From Synechocystis sp. PCC 6803 substr. PCC-P (GTDB lineage: Bacteria > Cyanobacteriota > Cyanobacteriia > Cyanobacteriales > Microcystaceae): a DNA stretch of 32,000 nt. The stretch is from contig NC_017039.1 in the NCBI RefSeq assembly GCF_000284455.1, forward strand, positions 2,520,001-2,552,000, written 5' to 3'. The position numbers were made by a program, and so were the translations under genes. Shown here piece after piece: positions 1 through 10,648 of this stretch; position 1 is the first letter of the stretch; each line of letters begins with the position of its first letter. The notes under the pieces were generated by a model, which made no database searches, was not told where the DNA came from, and saw only the letters and a program-made list of their open reading frames with translations.

Positions 1-1563
1 TCGTAGTAACTCCGCCAGCACAATGGAGCCTTTAATTTTCTGTTGGGTATAATCAACAATTTCTTTACCCACTGCATCTTGCTCTTTGATGCGGGTACTG
101 TACAGTCTTTCTTTTTCGGCGGTGATGTTAGCTTGTTTGGTTTGGAATAGGTCCCAACGGCGATCGTCAATTAAGCCAATTTCCCTTCCCAGAGGGGTTA
201 ACCTTTGATCGGCATTGTCGGAACGTAAAATTAAGCGGTACTCGGAACGGCTGGTGAGCATCCGGTAGGGTTCCCGCAAATCTTTGGTGCATAAATCATC
301 AATTAATGTACCCAGATAACTTCCCTCCCGGGAGAAGATGATCAATGATTTTCCTTGACAATGACGGGCCGCATTGATCCCCGCCACCAGACCCTGGGCC
401 GCCGCTTCTTCATAGCCAGTGGTGCCGTTAATTTGCCCAGCACAAAATAGTCCTGCCACTTTTTTGGTCATCAAACTGGGATAACACTGGGTAGCCGGTA
501 AAAAGTCGTATTCCACTGCGTAAGCGGGGCGCAACATGACACAATTTTCCAACCCCGGTAGAGTTTGTAGCATGGCCAATTGCACATTTTCCGGTAGCCC
601 CGTGGAAAAACCTTGAATATACAATTCAGGAATGTCTCGACCTTCCGGCTCGATAAAAATTTGGTGACTTTCTTTGTCAGCGAAACGAACAATTTTATCT
701 TCGATGGAAGGACAATAACGGGGCCCCTTAGAGTCAATAAAACCGCCATAAATGGGAGATAAATGGAGATTATCTTTAATTAATTGGTGGGTCTTAGCTG
801 TTGTTCTGGTCAAATAACAATTCATTTGCTCCCGCTCTACCCACACTTCCGGGTCAAAGCTAAACCAACTTACCTGTTCATCTGGGGGTTGGGGCTCTAA
901 TTTGTCATAATCTACCGATCGCCGATCAACCCTGGCCGGAGTTCCCGTTTTTAACCTGCCAGTTTCAAAGCCCAGTTCATTCAAAGTTTCCGTTAGGCCT
1001 ACTGCCGCAAATTCGCCGGCCCGCCCCGCTGGCATGGACTTATTACCAATCCAAATTTTGCCCCCCAGGAAAGTCCCTGTCGTAATCACCACCGACTGGG
1101 CTCCAAAGCAAGCGCCAAAGTAGGTCTGCACACCTTGAATCTCATCATTGTCCCCCAACACCAAATCCGTCACCATCCCTTCCCGAATGGATAGATTAGG
1201 TTGATTTTCAACGATATTTTTCATCACCGCCGCATATTCCCGCTTATCCGTTTGGGCCCGCAATGCCCACACCGCCGGCCCCCGGGAAATATTTAACACC
1301 CGCTTTTGCAGATAGGTACGGTCGGCCATTTTGCCAATTTCCCCCCCCAGTGCATCCACTTCATGGGTTAACTGGGATTTAGCCGGCCCTCCCACTGCAG
1401 GGTTACAGGGTTGCCAAGCAATGCGGTCTAAGTTGAGGGTTAACAGTAGGGTGCGACAGCCCAACCGAGCCGTGGCCAAGGCCGCCTCACAACCCGCATG
1501 GCCTGCCCCCACCACGATGACATCAAATTGGTCTTGGAATTCCACTGGCGATCGAAGGGTCAT
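1..1563 (-). CDS. mnmG: tRNA uridine-5-carboxymethylaminomethyl modification enzyme MnmG/GidA, N-terminal part (3' end runs off the window)
   Basis: Reverse-strand translation from ATG at 1563: ...[69 protein letters not shown]...; Rossmann GGGHAG motif and MnmG signatures. Frame open to position 1, which is why it is missing from the ORF track. Confidence 0.96.
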   Translation of the reverse strand, partial: MTLRSPVEFQDQFDVIVVGAGHAGCEAALATARLGCRTLLLTLNLDRIAWQPCNPAVGGPAKSQLTHEVDALGGEIGKMADRTYLQKRVLNISRGPAVWALRAQTDKREYAAVMKNIVENQPNLSIREGMVTDLVLGDNDEIQGVQTYFGACFGAQSVVITTGTFLGGKIWIGNKSMPAGRAGEFAAVGLTETLNELGFETGRLKTGTPARVDRRSVDYDKLEPQPPDEQVSWFSFDPEVWVEREQMNCYLTRTTAKTHQLIKDNLHLSPIYGGFIDSKGPRYCPSIEDKIVRFADKESHQIFIEPEGRDIPELYIQGFSTGLPENVQLAMLQTLPGLENCVMLRPAYAVEYDFLPATQCYPSLMTKKVAGLFCAGQINGTTGYEEAAAQGLVAGINAARHCQGKSLIIFSREGSYLGTLIDDLCTKDLREPYRMLTSRSEYRLILRSDNADQRLTPLGREIGLIDDRRWDLFQTKQANITAEKERLYSTRIKEQDAVGKEIVDYTQQKIKGSIVLAELLR

Positions 1564-2372
1564 GGCGGCGCACTAAAATGGTAGCAGGGCTAAAAACTAT
1601 ATTTTAGTCTTTAGTTCAACTTTTAGAGAATTAAACTGAATTTCAGACAAATATTAACTAATTGACTTGTTATGGCATTATTAGCCTAATTTATGGATCA
1701 TTTATTTTGGATTTATATACTTGTATTTTTTGCTATTATTTTGTTTAGATATTTTCTAATTGCGGGGGGAACCTATGCTTTTTTTTACTCCCCTTGGGGT
1801 CAATCGTTACTTAAGAACCATTTACCCATTAATATTCCCTCTTCGCAATCAATTCGCAAAGATATAAAACTTTCCATAATTTCAGCAATTATTTTTGCCC
1901 TGGCAGGGGCATTTATTTTGTCGAGCTATGGCGGAAAAATGAATCGTTTATACGTCGATCCATACCAACACGGACTTTGGTATCTGGGAATAAGTTACGT
2001 TTTAATTTTGTTCTTACAAGATACCTATTTTTATTTCACCCATCGCCTTTTCCATCATCCGAGATTGTTTTCTTTGTTCCATAAAGGACATCATCTTTCC
2101 CGTTATCCTACCCCCCTCACTTCCTTTGCCTTTGATCTGCCAGAGGCGATCGTGCAATCATTTTTTTTAATTATTGTTGTTTCCCTTATTCCTCTCCATT
2201 TTTTTACTTTATTAGCGATATTAATGACCATGACAATTTGGTCGGTGATTAATCATTTGGGTATCGATCGCCTACCTTTAGCATTTCCTCATCATTGGTT
2301 AGGGAAATACTTTATTGGCACGGCCCATCATTCCCTACATCACCTCAAATACAATGCCAACTATGGGTTGTA

Positions 2373-3318
2373 TAGTAGTTTCAAATAAAGCTGAGACGCT
2401 AAACGCCACAGTAAGAACGGATAATTTCATCAAGAGACGTGTCAATAGGAGCGTACATTCTAGCTCGTTTCAAGGCACTAAAGTCATGCTCAATATCATT
2501 TAAATCAGGAGAATATTTCGGCAAAAAAAGAACTTCATGACCTGCTTCTTTAGCCAATTCTTTAATGGCAGTTTTACGATGAATAGGAGCATTATCCATT
2601 ATTAATATTGATGGAATGTCGAGGGAGGGTAGCAAATATAATTTTAACCATCCTTCAAAGCCTTCTGCATTCAAACTCCCGGTAAAAACCATCGGCGCAA
2701 TCAAATCTTTTTTTCCTTTTCTTCTCCCTGCTACTAGATTTTCTCTGACTCCCCTTTTTCCTTGTCTATCTCCATAAACTTTTTTTCCTTTTTTTGACCA
2801 GGCATAAATACAAGCCTGGATTGCTTCGAATCCAGATTCATCTATGTAAACTATAGCTTGACTACCATAGAGCTTAATTAGTTCTCTTAACATTCTATAG
2901 TACTTAACTCGTTCCTCCCGGTTTCTTTCTCGATAACGTAGTTCTTTTTTTTTCTGTTTATTTTCATTTTCTTTAATGCGTAATATACGGCACTCGGCCT
3001 CACTCCAAATTTCTTGGCTCTGTCTATCAATCTTGCATCGGGATTTTCTTCTACGTCTTTTTTTAGAGCTTCCCAGTCTAATTTCCTATGGCGACGCTCT
3101 ACTTTTGTTGGGCTTAAATCTACTCTATTTAACCATCTGTATATCGAGGCTTTTCCTATTTTATATATCTTGGAAGCCTCAGTTATTTTTCCTCCAGCTT
3201 CTATATAAGCTACTACCCTTTGCCTTAAATCTAAACTGTAAGCCATTGTTTAAACCTGTTCATTTTGTACACTCCATAATTTTACATTAAATTCTCTCAT
3301 CGTTAATTGAAATGACTA
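2373..3318 (-). mobile_element. IS630/Tc1-mariner family insertion sequence, ISY100-like copy A (946 bp), flanked by TA duplication (2371-2372 and 3319-3320)
   Basis: Imperfect terminal inverted repeats (TAGTAGTTTCAAATAAAGCTGAGA at the left end; TAGTCATTTCAATTAACGATGAGAG as reverse complement of the right end); TA on both sides; nearly identical to 11860-12806. Confidence 0.95.
2399..3246 (-). pseudogene. ISY100-like transposase, split by a 1-nt deletion into 119-aa (2887-3246) and 164-aa (2399-2893) ORFs
   Basis: Same protein as the intact 282-aa transposase at 11932-12780, except for a T/I change and a frame break at a poly-A run (9 A here versus 10 A in the intact copy). Confidence 0.92.
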
Positions 3319-3424
3319 TATTTCACTTTCTGGGATAAAATTTTGGGCACGGAAGATCCCACATACCAAGAAAAGCTTGGACGAAATCAAACAACAAAAG
3401 AGTATTAAAATACAAACTAATGGA

Positions 3425-3457
3425 CAAAAAAATCGCATCTCGCTTAAAAGATGCGAT
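3425..3457 (-). terminator. Candidate rho-independent terminator (minus strand), probably downstream of petE
   Basis: On the minus strand: ATCGCATCT-TTTAAGCG-AGATGCGAT followed by a T run (TTTTTTGTCC). 9-bp perfect stem and 8-nt loop. Confidence 0.65.
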
Positions 3458-3652
3458 CGCCAAAACGCAGAAGTTTTTCTAAGTAGATGGCTTGGTCAAG
3501 AATCTGTTTTGTAGACTTTCGATCCGTCCTCCTGAACATCTACTCAGCAAGAGAAACATTATTTGCCTTGCCATTGCGAGAAGCTGAGGGAGTTGGAGAC
3601 AGACCCCGTAGCATTAAGCTTAAATCAACGACACACAGATTGAGCTGGCTGA

Positions 3653-4033
3653 TTACTCAACGACAACTTTGCCTACCATGCCAGCACCCCGGTGGGGTTC
3701 ACAGTAGTAGGTGTAGGTGCCGGGCTCAGTGAAGGTGGAGGTGAAGCTTTCACCAGCGGCAAAGGCCAAGCCTTTGTGGGAGAGCTTAGCAGCGGTGTCA
3801 GCATCCACACCATCGGCGGCAAACACAATGTTATGAGGGGAGAGTTTGTTGTTAACCCATTTGACTTCCTCTCCAGCTTTGATGGTGACGGTGCTGGGTT
3901 CAAAAACTAGGGCACCACTGTCAGAACCCATTTTCACTGTTGCATTGGCAGCGGCAGCGGGGCTCACGGATAAAAAGAAACTGGAGACCACCAGCAGAAG
4001 GCCAGCGAGGATTGTTAAAAACTTTTTAGACAT
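3653..4033 (-). CDS. petE: Plastocyanin precursor
   Basis: 126 aa with signal/transit region ending in AAA; type-1 copper site residues (SPHNIVF ... [18 protein letters not shown]). Confidence 0.98.
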   Translation of the reverse strand: MSKKFLTILAGLLLVVSSFFLSVSPAAAANATVKMGSDSGALVFEPSTVTIKAGEEVKWVNNKLSPHNIVFAADGVDADTAAKLSHKGLAFAAGESFTSTFTEPGTYTYYCEPHRGAGMVGKVVVE

Positions 4034-4458
4034 ACTTCTTGGCGATTGTATCTATAGGGACTTGTGGTTGAACGGGCCGGGGTAACGCCCTACTCCGTGC
4101 CCAAAAAGGCGATCAGGGACGTTTTTCCTTTCTTCTGCCCATGGTATCACAATGTTTGACAGCCCGTCGTAGATTATACAGCCTCAGCCCCGGGCGGATA
4201 GAACAAGCTCATTTCTCGTTCTATCTGAATAGTACTTTGCCGAAAATGCTTGGTTGTTCTAGCTATATTTACTGAACTTTAGATGGGGATTTTTTGCTAC
4301 CCACGGTAATTGCTGAATTTTCTTTGTTTTTGGCGATCGCCGTCATAAAAATTAGCTTGCTATCCCTTCAATGTAGATGATAATGGGAATAGCCCAGTAG
4401 GCCCAGTGGTGTTTTTTGTGGGCTGAAGTCGCTCCCTGAGTTAGATTGGGCAACCGCT

Positions 4459-5907
4459 ATGAATCCTTGCAAATTTTTTCGTTTAATCATTTTTTCCCGC
4501 CGTCGTTCTGCTGATAACGGTGGTTTTGCCTTGCCGATGGCCATTATGGTTGGCCTAGTGCTAACAGTGATTGGCATTGTGATGATGCAAAGGTCAATGT
4601 TTCAGCAAAATGACTCCACCAGCAAAGCGGCCACCGACCAAGCTCAAAATGCCGCCGAAGCGGGCATTACCAAGATAATCAACTTGATGAATACCCCAGC
4701 CAATCGTTTCATCTCTGCCCTGCCAGATTGTCAAAATTGGGACGCTGGCAGTAACACTTGTACCGATACTGGTAGTACCCCTAGCTGGCACAATCTCCCT
4801 AACTTAGGAAGTTGGACAATTACAACTCCCGGTGCGGCCTGTCAGCCGCCAGCAACCACCACCACCGATATAACGGCAACGGCTAGCAATCGAGCTTGGA
4901 AAACCTTACCCCAGGGTGAATTTCGTTTAGTCAGCTATCAATACACCCCAGACACCGCCAACGGAGGGGCGATCGGTCTTGGCCCCGGCACAGGCACCTT
5001 AGTTGTGGAAGGAGCCATTAACCGTAATGCCGCCAATGAAGCTCGGTCTAGGATAGAGGTAAAAATTCCTATCACCCGTCTTCCCAATGATGCTTCCGTT
5101 TCAAGTTTATGGGTTACGGAAACGGCCACCGGGGACGAAATTGTTTCGGGCAATCAAGACGTATATTCAGACATTATCGTTAATGATTGCGATGCTTCCG
5201 TTGACCCGGCTGATTTTCCTAACAGTGAAGTTGCCATTGGTACCTATGAGGCCATTTATAGTAATGTGCCCCAACCCAATCTCCCGCCCTATCCCACTTG
5301 TCCCGCTTCCAATACCTTTGCCACCATGTCCGGGAGTATGACCTTGCCGAGAAGTACCGACGCTAGTACGACCATAACTCTTAATGATGGCACAAATCTG
5401 CCTGCCTATGTTTACTGCATTGACAAAATAGCTTTGGGTGGAAACGATACGATCAATGTACGAACGATTAACCCCACTTCTGGCGAAAGATTTTTAGTTT
5501 TAATGCATGTTAAAGGTGATATCAATGTGAGTGGGAACACCCATTTAAACCATTCTTGTTCCGGAAGTTGCGCCGACTATAAACCAACGGATTTGAATAT
5601 TTTCGGTTATGGACAATCCGCCCATTCTTCCACGCCGCCACAAATATTGGCTTCTGGAGGAAATAATATTGAAGCTTTCATTTTGGCTCCGGACTATGTT
5701 TATGGGGTTAATGGTGGTGGTAATGATGGTGGGGTAACCGGTTCATTAATTGTCAAAAAAGTAATTAACTCTTCTAGTTCCAACCAGATGATCTTTAGCG
5801 ACATTTCTGGATTAACTTGGGAGGAACTTGTAAGTACCATTGTGGCTCCGCCATCCGCACCAAATCTAAATCCAATTTCTGGTTGGTCAACCAAAGCGAC
5901 TAATTAA
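4459..5907 (+). CDS. PilX-like / type IV pilus assembly-associated protein with prepilin-like N-terminus
   Basis: Basic N-terminus, then GG-FALPMAIMVGLVLTVIGIVMMQRSMFQQNDSTSKAATDQAQNAAEAGITK: prepilin-like cleavage region, hydrophobic helix and AEAG motif as in PilX/GspK-like proteins; cysteine-containing C-terminal region. Confidence 0.7.
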   Translation: MNPCKFFRLIIFSRRRSADNGGFALPMAIMVGLVLTVIGIVMMQRSMFQQNDSTSKAATDQAQNAAEAGITKIINLMNTPANRFISALPDCQNWDAGSNTCTDTGSTPSWHNLPNLGSWTITTPGAACQPPATTTTDITATASNRAWKTLPQGEFRLVSYQYTPDTANGGAIGLGPGTGTLVVEGAINRNAANEARSRIEVKIPITRLPNDASVSSLWVTETATGDEIVSGNQDVYSDIIVNDCDASVDPADFPNSEVAIGTYEAIYSNVPQPNLPPYPTCPASNTFATMSGSMTLPRSTDASTTITLNDGTNLPAYVYCIDKIALGGNDTINVRTINPTSGERFLVLMHVKGDINVSGNTHLNHSCSGSCADYKPTDLNIFGYGQSAHSSTPPQILASGGNNIEAFILAPDYVYGVNGGGNDGGVTGSLIVKKVINSSSSNQMIFSDISGLTWEELVSTIVAPPSAPNLNPISGWSTKATN

Positions 5908-5985
5908 TTAGTTGTTTTTCTAGAAGTTTTCTTGCTACCTCAGATCCGGATCTGGACTACAAGGGTTTGGGGTGACTTTCCCGCC

Positions 5986-6561
5986 TTAGACTTTAGCTTT
6001 AGCAAATAATTCATTAACCGTAAAGCTTAACTGGGGCAATAAATCATCCTCCACCAGTTGGTCTCCTTGATAGGTAAGGGGCGGGCGGTCGGGGGCAAAA
6101 ATAGTCAAACTACGATGGCGATCGCCAATAATCCAGACCCTTTCTACTCCGGCAGCCAGATAATCCAAAGCCTTTTGGGTCATAGCTTCAAAGGATTGAT
6201 CGGGGGAAATAATTTCCACTACCAATTCCGGGGCCACAGGGCAAAAGTCATTTTCCAGGGCGAAGGGAGTCAATTTTTGGTCAGAAATGTAGGTAACATC
6301 AGGCACCGGGGCCCAATCTTGCCCATCCTTTTGCAGACAAATGCCCCATTCGGGATAGGCTTCGCCAGGCAAGGGACAATCTTGGCTATTTCCCCAATCA
6401 GACAGGAGAAAGAGTAACGTTCTTTGGAGACTGGAATGGATTCTTTTTGGTGACATTTTGGCGATCGCCGTTCCGTCTTGCAATTCGTAGTTAACTTCCC
6501 CTTCCGGTAAACAGGAAAATTCCTCCAGGGTGAGGGGAGGCGGAGTGATGGTTTGACCCAT
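5986..6561 (-). CDS. Uma2 family (DUF820) putative endonuclease
   Basis: TLEEFSCLPEGEVNYELQDGT ... VPDVTYISDQKL ... PELVVEIISPDQ ... KALDYLAAGVERVWIID, typical DUF820 pattern. ORF opens at 6591, but MGQTITPPPLTLEEF is the more likely start. Confidence 0.88.
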   Translation of the reverse strand: MGQTITPPPLTLEEFSCLPEGEVNYELQDGTAIAKMSPKRIHSSLQRTLLFLLSDWGNSQDCPLPGEAYPEWGICLQKDGQDWAPVPDVTYISDQKLTPFALENDFCPVAPELVVEIISPDQSFEAMTQKALDYLAAGVERVWIIGDRHRSLTIFAPDRPPLTYQGDQLVEDDLLPQLSFTVNELFAKAKV

Positions 6562-6834
6562 GGCAGTGTCCCTTAAACGATTACCTTTCAAACTAGCAAA
6601 TTCGTTATGGTGAATATTTTGCGGTGATCCTCCCGGGGCGAGGGGGTTGTCGTAATTATGAGAATTACGTTACATTTAGTTAAGATTTTGTTACAAAACT
6701 CCGTTGTCAACAAAATTAATCAATTCCACGGCGTCGGGGAGCTAATCCTCCATGACGGAGTCCAGTCTCCGTTCCACAGTTAACCGATTACACTAAATCC
6801 TACGACCGTCTTAACTTTTAAAGTGAGCTAACAT

Positions 6835-8718
6835 ATGAAATTTTCCTGGAGAACTGCCCTACTTTGGTCCCTACCCCTGTTGGTAGTCGGCTTTTTCTTC
6901 TGGCAGGGGAGCTTTGGAGGGGCAGATGCCAACCTCGGTTCCAACACTGCCAACACCCGCATGACCTATGGTCGCTTCCTCGAATATGTGGATGCTGGCC
7001 GCATCACCAGTGTGGATTTATATGAAAATGGCCGCACGGCGATCGTGCAAGTTAGCGACCCAGAAGTAGACCGGACCCTCCGTTCCCGGGTTGACCTCCC
7101 CACCAATGCCCCGGAATTGATTGCCCGTTTACGGGACTCCAACATTCGCCTTGATTCCCACCCTGTCCGCAACAATGGCATGGTTTGGGGTTTTGTGGGC
7201 AACTTGATTTTCCCCGTGCTTTTGATTGCTTCCCTCTTTTTTCTCTTCCGCCGTTCCAGCAACATGCCTGGGGGCCCCGGCCAAGCCATGAACTTTGGTA
7301 AATCCAAAGCTCGCTTCCAAATGGATGCCAAAACCGGTGTCATGTTCGATGATGTGGCCGGTATTGACGAAGCCAAGGAAGAATTGCAAGAGGTGGTAAC
7401 TTTCCTTAAACAGCCCGAACGCTTTACTGCAGTGGGGGCCAAGATTCCCAAAGGAGTACTCTTAGTGGGCCCTCCCGGTACCGGTAAAACTCTCCTCGCC
7501 AAGGCGATCGCCGGGGAAGCCGGAGTTCCTTTCTTCAGCATTTCTGGTTCCGAGTTCGTAGAAATGTTTGTCGGCGTTGGTGCCTCCCGGGTGCGGGACT
7601 TGTTTAAAAAAGCCAAAGAGAATGCCCCCTGTTTGATCTTCATTGATGAGATTGATGCCGTGGGTCGTCAACGGGGTGCTGGTATCGGTGGTGGTAACGA
7701 TGAACGGGAACAAACCCTCAACCAGCTACTAACCGAGATGGACGGTTTTGAAGGCAATACGGGCATTATTATCATTGCCGCCACTAACCGCCCTGACGTG
7801 CTAGATTCTGCCTTGATGCGTCCCGGTCGTTTCGATCGCCAAGTGATGGTGGATGCCCCTGACTACTCTGGTCGTAAGGAAATTTTAGAAGTCCACGCCC
7901 GCAATAAAAAGTTAGCACCGGAAGTTTCCATCGACTCCATTGCCCGCCGTACTCCCGGTTTTAGTGGGGCTGACTTGGCCAATTTATTGAATGAAGCCGC
8001 CATTCTCACCGCCCGCCGTCGTAAATCCGCTATCACTCTGTTGGAAATTGATGATGCCGTGGACCGGGTGGTAGCTGGTATGGAAGGCACCCCCTTGGTG
8101 GACAGCAAAAGTAAGCGGCTAATTGCTTATCACGAAGTAGGCCACGCCATTGTGGGCACATTGTTAAAAGACCATGATCCCGTGCAAAAAGTCACCCTTA
8201 TTCCTCGGGGCCAAGCCCAAGGTTTGACCTGGTTCACTCCCAACGAAGAACAGGGTTTAACCACCAAAGCCCAACTGATGGCCCGTATTGCTGGAGCAAT
8301 GGGCGGTCGAGCCGCTGAAGAGGAAGTTTTTGGCGATGACGAAGTAACCACTGGGGCTGGTGGTGACCTACAACAGGTAACTGAGATGGCTCGCCAGATG
8401 GTAACTCGTTTTGGCATGAGCAACCTTGGTCCCATTTCCCTGGAGAGTTCAGGTGGGGAAGTATTCCTGGGTGGTGGCTTGATGAACCGTTCTGAATACT
8501 CCGAAGAAGTAGCCACCCGCATTGATGCCCAAGTACGGCAATTGGCTGAACAGGGTCACCAAATGGCTCGCAAAATCGTCCAAGAACAACGGGAAGTGGT
8601 TGATCGCCTGGTGGATCTTTTAATTGAGAAAGAAACCATTGATGGGGAAGAATTTCGGCAAATTGTGGCGGAATACGCCGAGGTTCCCGTCAAGGAACAG
8701 TTAATTCCCCAACTATAA
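6835..8718 (+). CDS. ftsH: ATP-dependent zinc metalloprotease FtsH (thylakoid-type, FtsH2-like)
   Basis: 627 aa; N-terminal TM segments, GPPGTGKT Walker [13 protein letters not shown] region [14 protein letters not shown] zinc motif. Confidence 0.98.
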   Translation: MKFSWRTALLWSLPLLVVGFFFWQGSFGGADANLGSNTANTRMTYGRFLEYVDAGRITSVDLYENGRTAIVQVSDPEVDRTLRSRVDLPTNAPELIARLRDSNIRLDSHPVRNNGMVWGFVGNLIFPVLLIASLFFLFRRSSNMPGGPGQAMNFGKSKARFQMDAKTGVMFDDVAGIDEAKEELQEVVTFLKQPERFTAVGAKIPKGVLLVGPPGTGKTLLAKAIAGEAGVPFFSISGSEFVEMFVGVGASRVRDLFKKAKENAPCLIFIDEIDAVGRQRGAGIGGGNDEREQTLNQLLTEMDGFEGNTGIIIIAATNRPDVLDSALMRPGRFDRQVMVDAPDYSGRKEILEVHARNKKLAPEVSIDSIARRTPGFSGADLANLLNEAAILTARRRKSAITLLEIDDAVDRVVAGMEGTPLVDSKSKRLIAYHEVGHAIVGTLLKDHDPVQKVTLIPRGQAQGLTWFTPNEEQGLTTKAQLMARIAGAMGGRAAEEEVFGDDEVTTGAGGDLQQVTEMARQMVTRFGMSNLGPISLESSGGEVFLGGGLMNRSEYSEEVATRIDAQVRQLAEQGHQMARKIVQEQREVVDRLVDLLIEKETIDGEEFRQIVAEYAEVPVKEQLIPQL

Positions 8719-8756
8719 AAATTCCCTTCTCCAACCAATTTAGTATGGTCAGCAAG

Positions 8757-8785
8757 GCCCTGATTCTTCGGAACAGGGCTTTTTT
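8757..8785 (+). terminator. Rho-independent terminator after ftsH
   Basis: GCCCTG-ATTCTTCGGAA-CAGGGC followed by TTTTTT; 39 nt past the ftsH stop codon. Confidence 0.88.
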
Positions 8786-8793
8786 CTTGCGTT

Positions 8794-9438
8794 CTATTCT
8801 TCTGTGCCTAAAACATCTTTCAAGGCGGTGCGGGCGGCGAGGTGGTTGCGGGTGGACATGAGAATTTCCGCTTCCCTTTGTAATCTTTCAGCAGTGTCCT
8901 GCAATTCCAACAAACTTTGTTGTTCACTGGCAACGCCATAAAGATTGCCTGCGACCCAATAGGACAATTCCACCGGCAACACGGGCAAATCATCGGGTAA
9001 TTCCAAGTTCTGATCCGTCAACTTGGCCGACAGGCTAACTACGTCATGCAACAGGCGATCAACTTCCTTGGCCAAGCCATGGAGATCCTGCCCCGTGTAT
9101 TTGTCGTCAATCCATTCCACTAGACCGACTCGGTAGGGCTTTTCCCGCACATATTCCAGCACCCGAAACCGTTGTTGCCCCAGAGTTAAAACCTTCATCC
9201 GGTCATCGGGTAACCTTTGGTAGCGCAATACTTCTGCACAGCAACCCACGTCGGAAATTTCCCCTGTGCTGGGATCAATCATCAACACCCCAAAACGGCG
9301 ATCGTCTTCCAAGATGGTGTTCATCATCATCCGATAGCGGTACTCGAAAATGTGCAAGGGCAGGGGTCGCCCAGGGAAAAGCACAACTTCAGGCAGTGGA
9401 AAAAGAGGAAGTTCCCTAATTGCAACGGAGGATGCCAT
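8794..9438 (-). CDS. LON peptidase N-terminal substrate-binding domain protein
   Basis: 214 aa: IRELPLFPLPEVVLFPGRPLPLHIFEYRYRMMMNTIL... ; stand-alone LON N domain, no AAA or protease domain. Confidence 0.93.
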   Translation of the reverse strand: MASSVAIRELPLFPLPEVVLFPGRPLPLHIFEYRYRMMMNTILEDDRRFGVLMIDPSTGEISDVGCCAEVLRYQRLPDDRMKVLTLGQQRFRVLEYVREKPYRVGLVEWIDDKYTGQDLHGLAKEVDRLLHDVVSLSAKLTDQNLELPDDLPVLPVELSYWVAGNLYGVASEQQSLLELQDTAERLQREAEILMSTRNHLAARTALKDVLGTEE

Positions 9439-9491
9439 CTTAATGTTTCGTAATGTTAAGCAACGTACTTCAAATGATAAAGGATTGGGGA

Positions 9492-10256
9492 CTATTTACC
9501 CAGTAAGCGCACGCAACCGATCCCGCCAAAGTAAAGCCCCAGCACTGCCCCAGCTAGAAGGGACTGGGTCAGGGGGTCCGTGGAAGGGGTGAGAATTGCC
9601 CCCAGCACCATCGCCCCCAAAATGACAAAGCGCCAGCCCTTGAGCATTTGTTCGGAGGAAACGATGCCCAAAAAGCCGAGAACCACTTGAATAATCGGAA
9701 TTTGAAAAGCTAGCCCGGTGCTAAACATCAACAACAGCACAAACTCAAAATATTTATCAATCGACCAGAGTTGCTCCACCACATCCGCTCCGTAGCTGAC
9801 AAAAAACTTGAGTGCGGCGGGGATGAGAGCATAGTAAGCAAAGCCCAGTCCAGCAAAAAAAAGTACACTGGAGCCTAGCACCACCGGTCCCAGTAATCGG
9901 CGTTCCCGACGGGTTAGACCGGGTAGAACGAATTGAATAATTTGGTAGAGGATAAAGGGGCTCATCACCAGAATGCCGCTGTAGCCTGCTACTTTGACGG
10001 AAACGAAAAAGAATTCCCCTGGGGAGAGCTGCAGAAATTTAACTGTGCCTGCCGGGACTTGAAGCCATTGCACCAAGGGTTTAACGAAAATAAAGCAGGC
10101 CACTACCCCGACCAAGACCGCCCCCAAAGACAGAAAAATACGAGTTCTGAGTTCGTCGAGGTGATCAAACAAAGACATTTCCACGTCATCGGGCACTTCG
10201 TCCAAATAATCGGGGGCAGTTTCCGCGGAAGTGATGTTATCAAGCTGGGTTGACAT
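9492..10256 (-). CDS. tatC: Sec-independent protein translocase TatC
   Basis: 254 aa: [14 protein letters not shown] ... [18 protein letters not shown] ... FGLAFQIP ... [13 protein letters not shown], with multiple TM segments. Confidence 0.97.
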   Translation of the reverse strand: MSTQLDNITSAETAPDYLDEVPDDVEMSLFDHLDELRTRIFLSLGAVLVGVVACFIFVKPLVQWLQVPAGTVKFLQLSPGEFFFVSVKVAGYSGILVMSPFILYQIIQFVLPGLTRRERRLLGPVVLGSSVLFFAGLGFAYYALIPAALKFFVSYGADVVEQLWSIDKYFEFVLLLMFSTGLAFQIPIIQVVLGFLGIVSSEQMLKGWRFVILGAMVLGAILTPSTDPLTQSLLAGAVLGLYFGGIGCVRLLGK

Positions 10257-10648
10257 GGTTTCAGGGCAAGGAAAACAAGTTGCCCCTATTCTGACATTCT
10301 CCTGGCACTGATTGCGATGACATGGCAGTTAGCTAGGCGATCGCCATTTGCTCGGCTATGACGGGTTTGCCTAAAATTGACCCGCCCTCAGATCAGAATA
10401 ATTGCCCAAAAACGAAAATTTAGGTGCGATAATCTTTAAATTATTCTTGAATATAAAAGGAACAGCAAAAAATATTAAATATTACTGATTTTCTTGATTT
10501 TTATGTTCCAAAATTAATCTCAAATAAAAAAAAAGAAATAAAAGATAAGTCAGAGAAGTGAATTACTATTTTTTATTGACATGCTAGAATGTAATCTTTT
10601 AGTTTTCTCTATATATCATTCTTATTGCTCCAAGCGCCTAGAATTATT

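Larger units (their letters stand above)
1693..3408 (+). pseudogene. Sterol desaturase / fatty acid hydroxylase superfamily protein interrupted by an ISY100-like element (coding parts 1693-2372 and 3321-3408)
   Basis: ORF 1693-2388 has the family histidine clusters (HRLFHH, HKGHH, HHSLHH) and hydrophobic segments. Deleting 2373-3320 (IS plus one TA) gives NYGLY-FTFWDKILGTEDPTYQEKLGRNQTTKEY-stop, the expected family C-terminus. Confidence 0.9.

Noticed and set aside
2976-3290. 104-aa ORF on + strand, identical to the one at 11888-12202 on the - strand
   Set aside because: Antisense of the transposase N-terminal region in both IS copies. The identity comes from the IS duplication, not from a conserved gene.
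3487-3732. 81-aa ORF on + strand
   Set aside because: Overlaps the 3' end of petE antisense and has no protein-like features; more likely a chance ORF.
6966-7643. 225-aa ORF antisense to ftsH, plus many other antisense ORFs within mnmG, ftsH, groEL2 and the cyclophilin gene
   Set aside because: Shadow ORFs opposite strongly conserved coding sequence; low-complexity translations with no recognisable domain.
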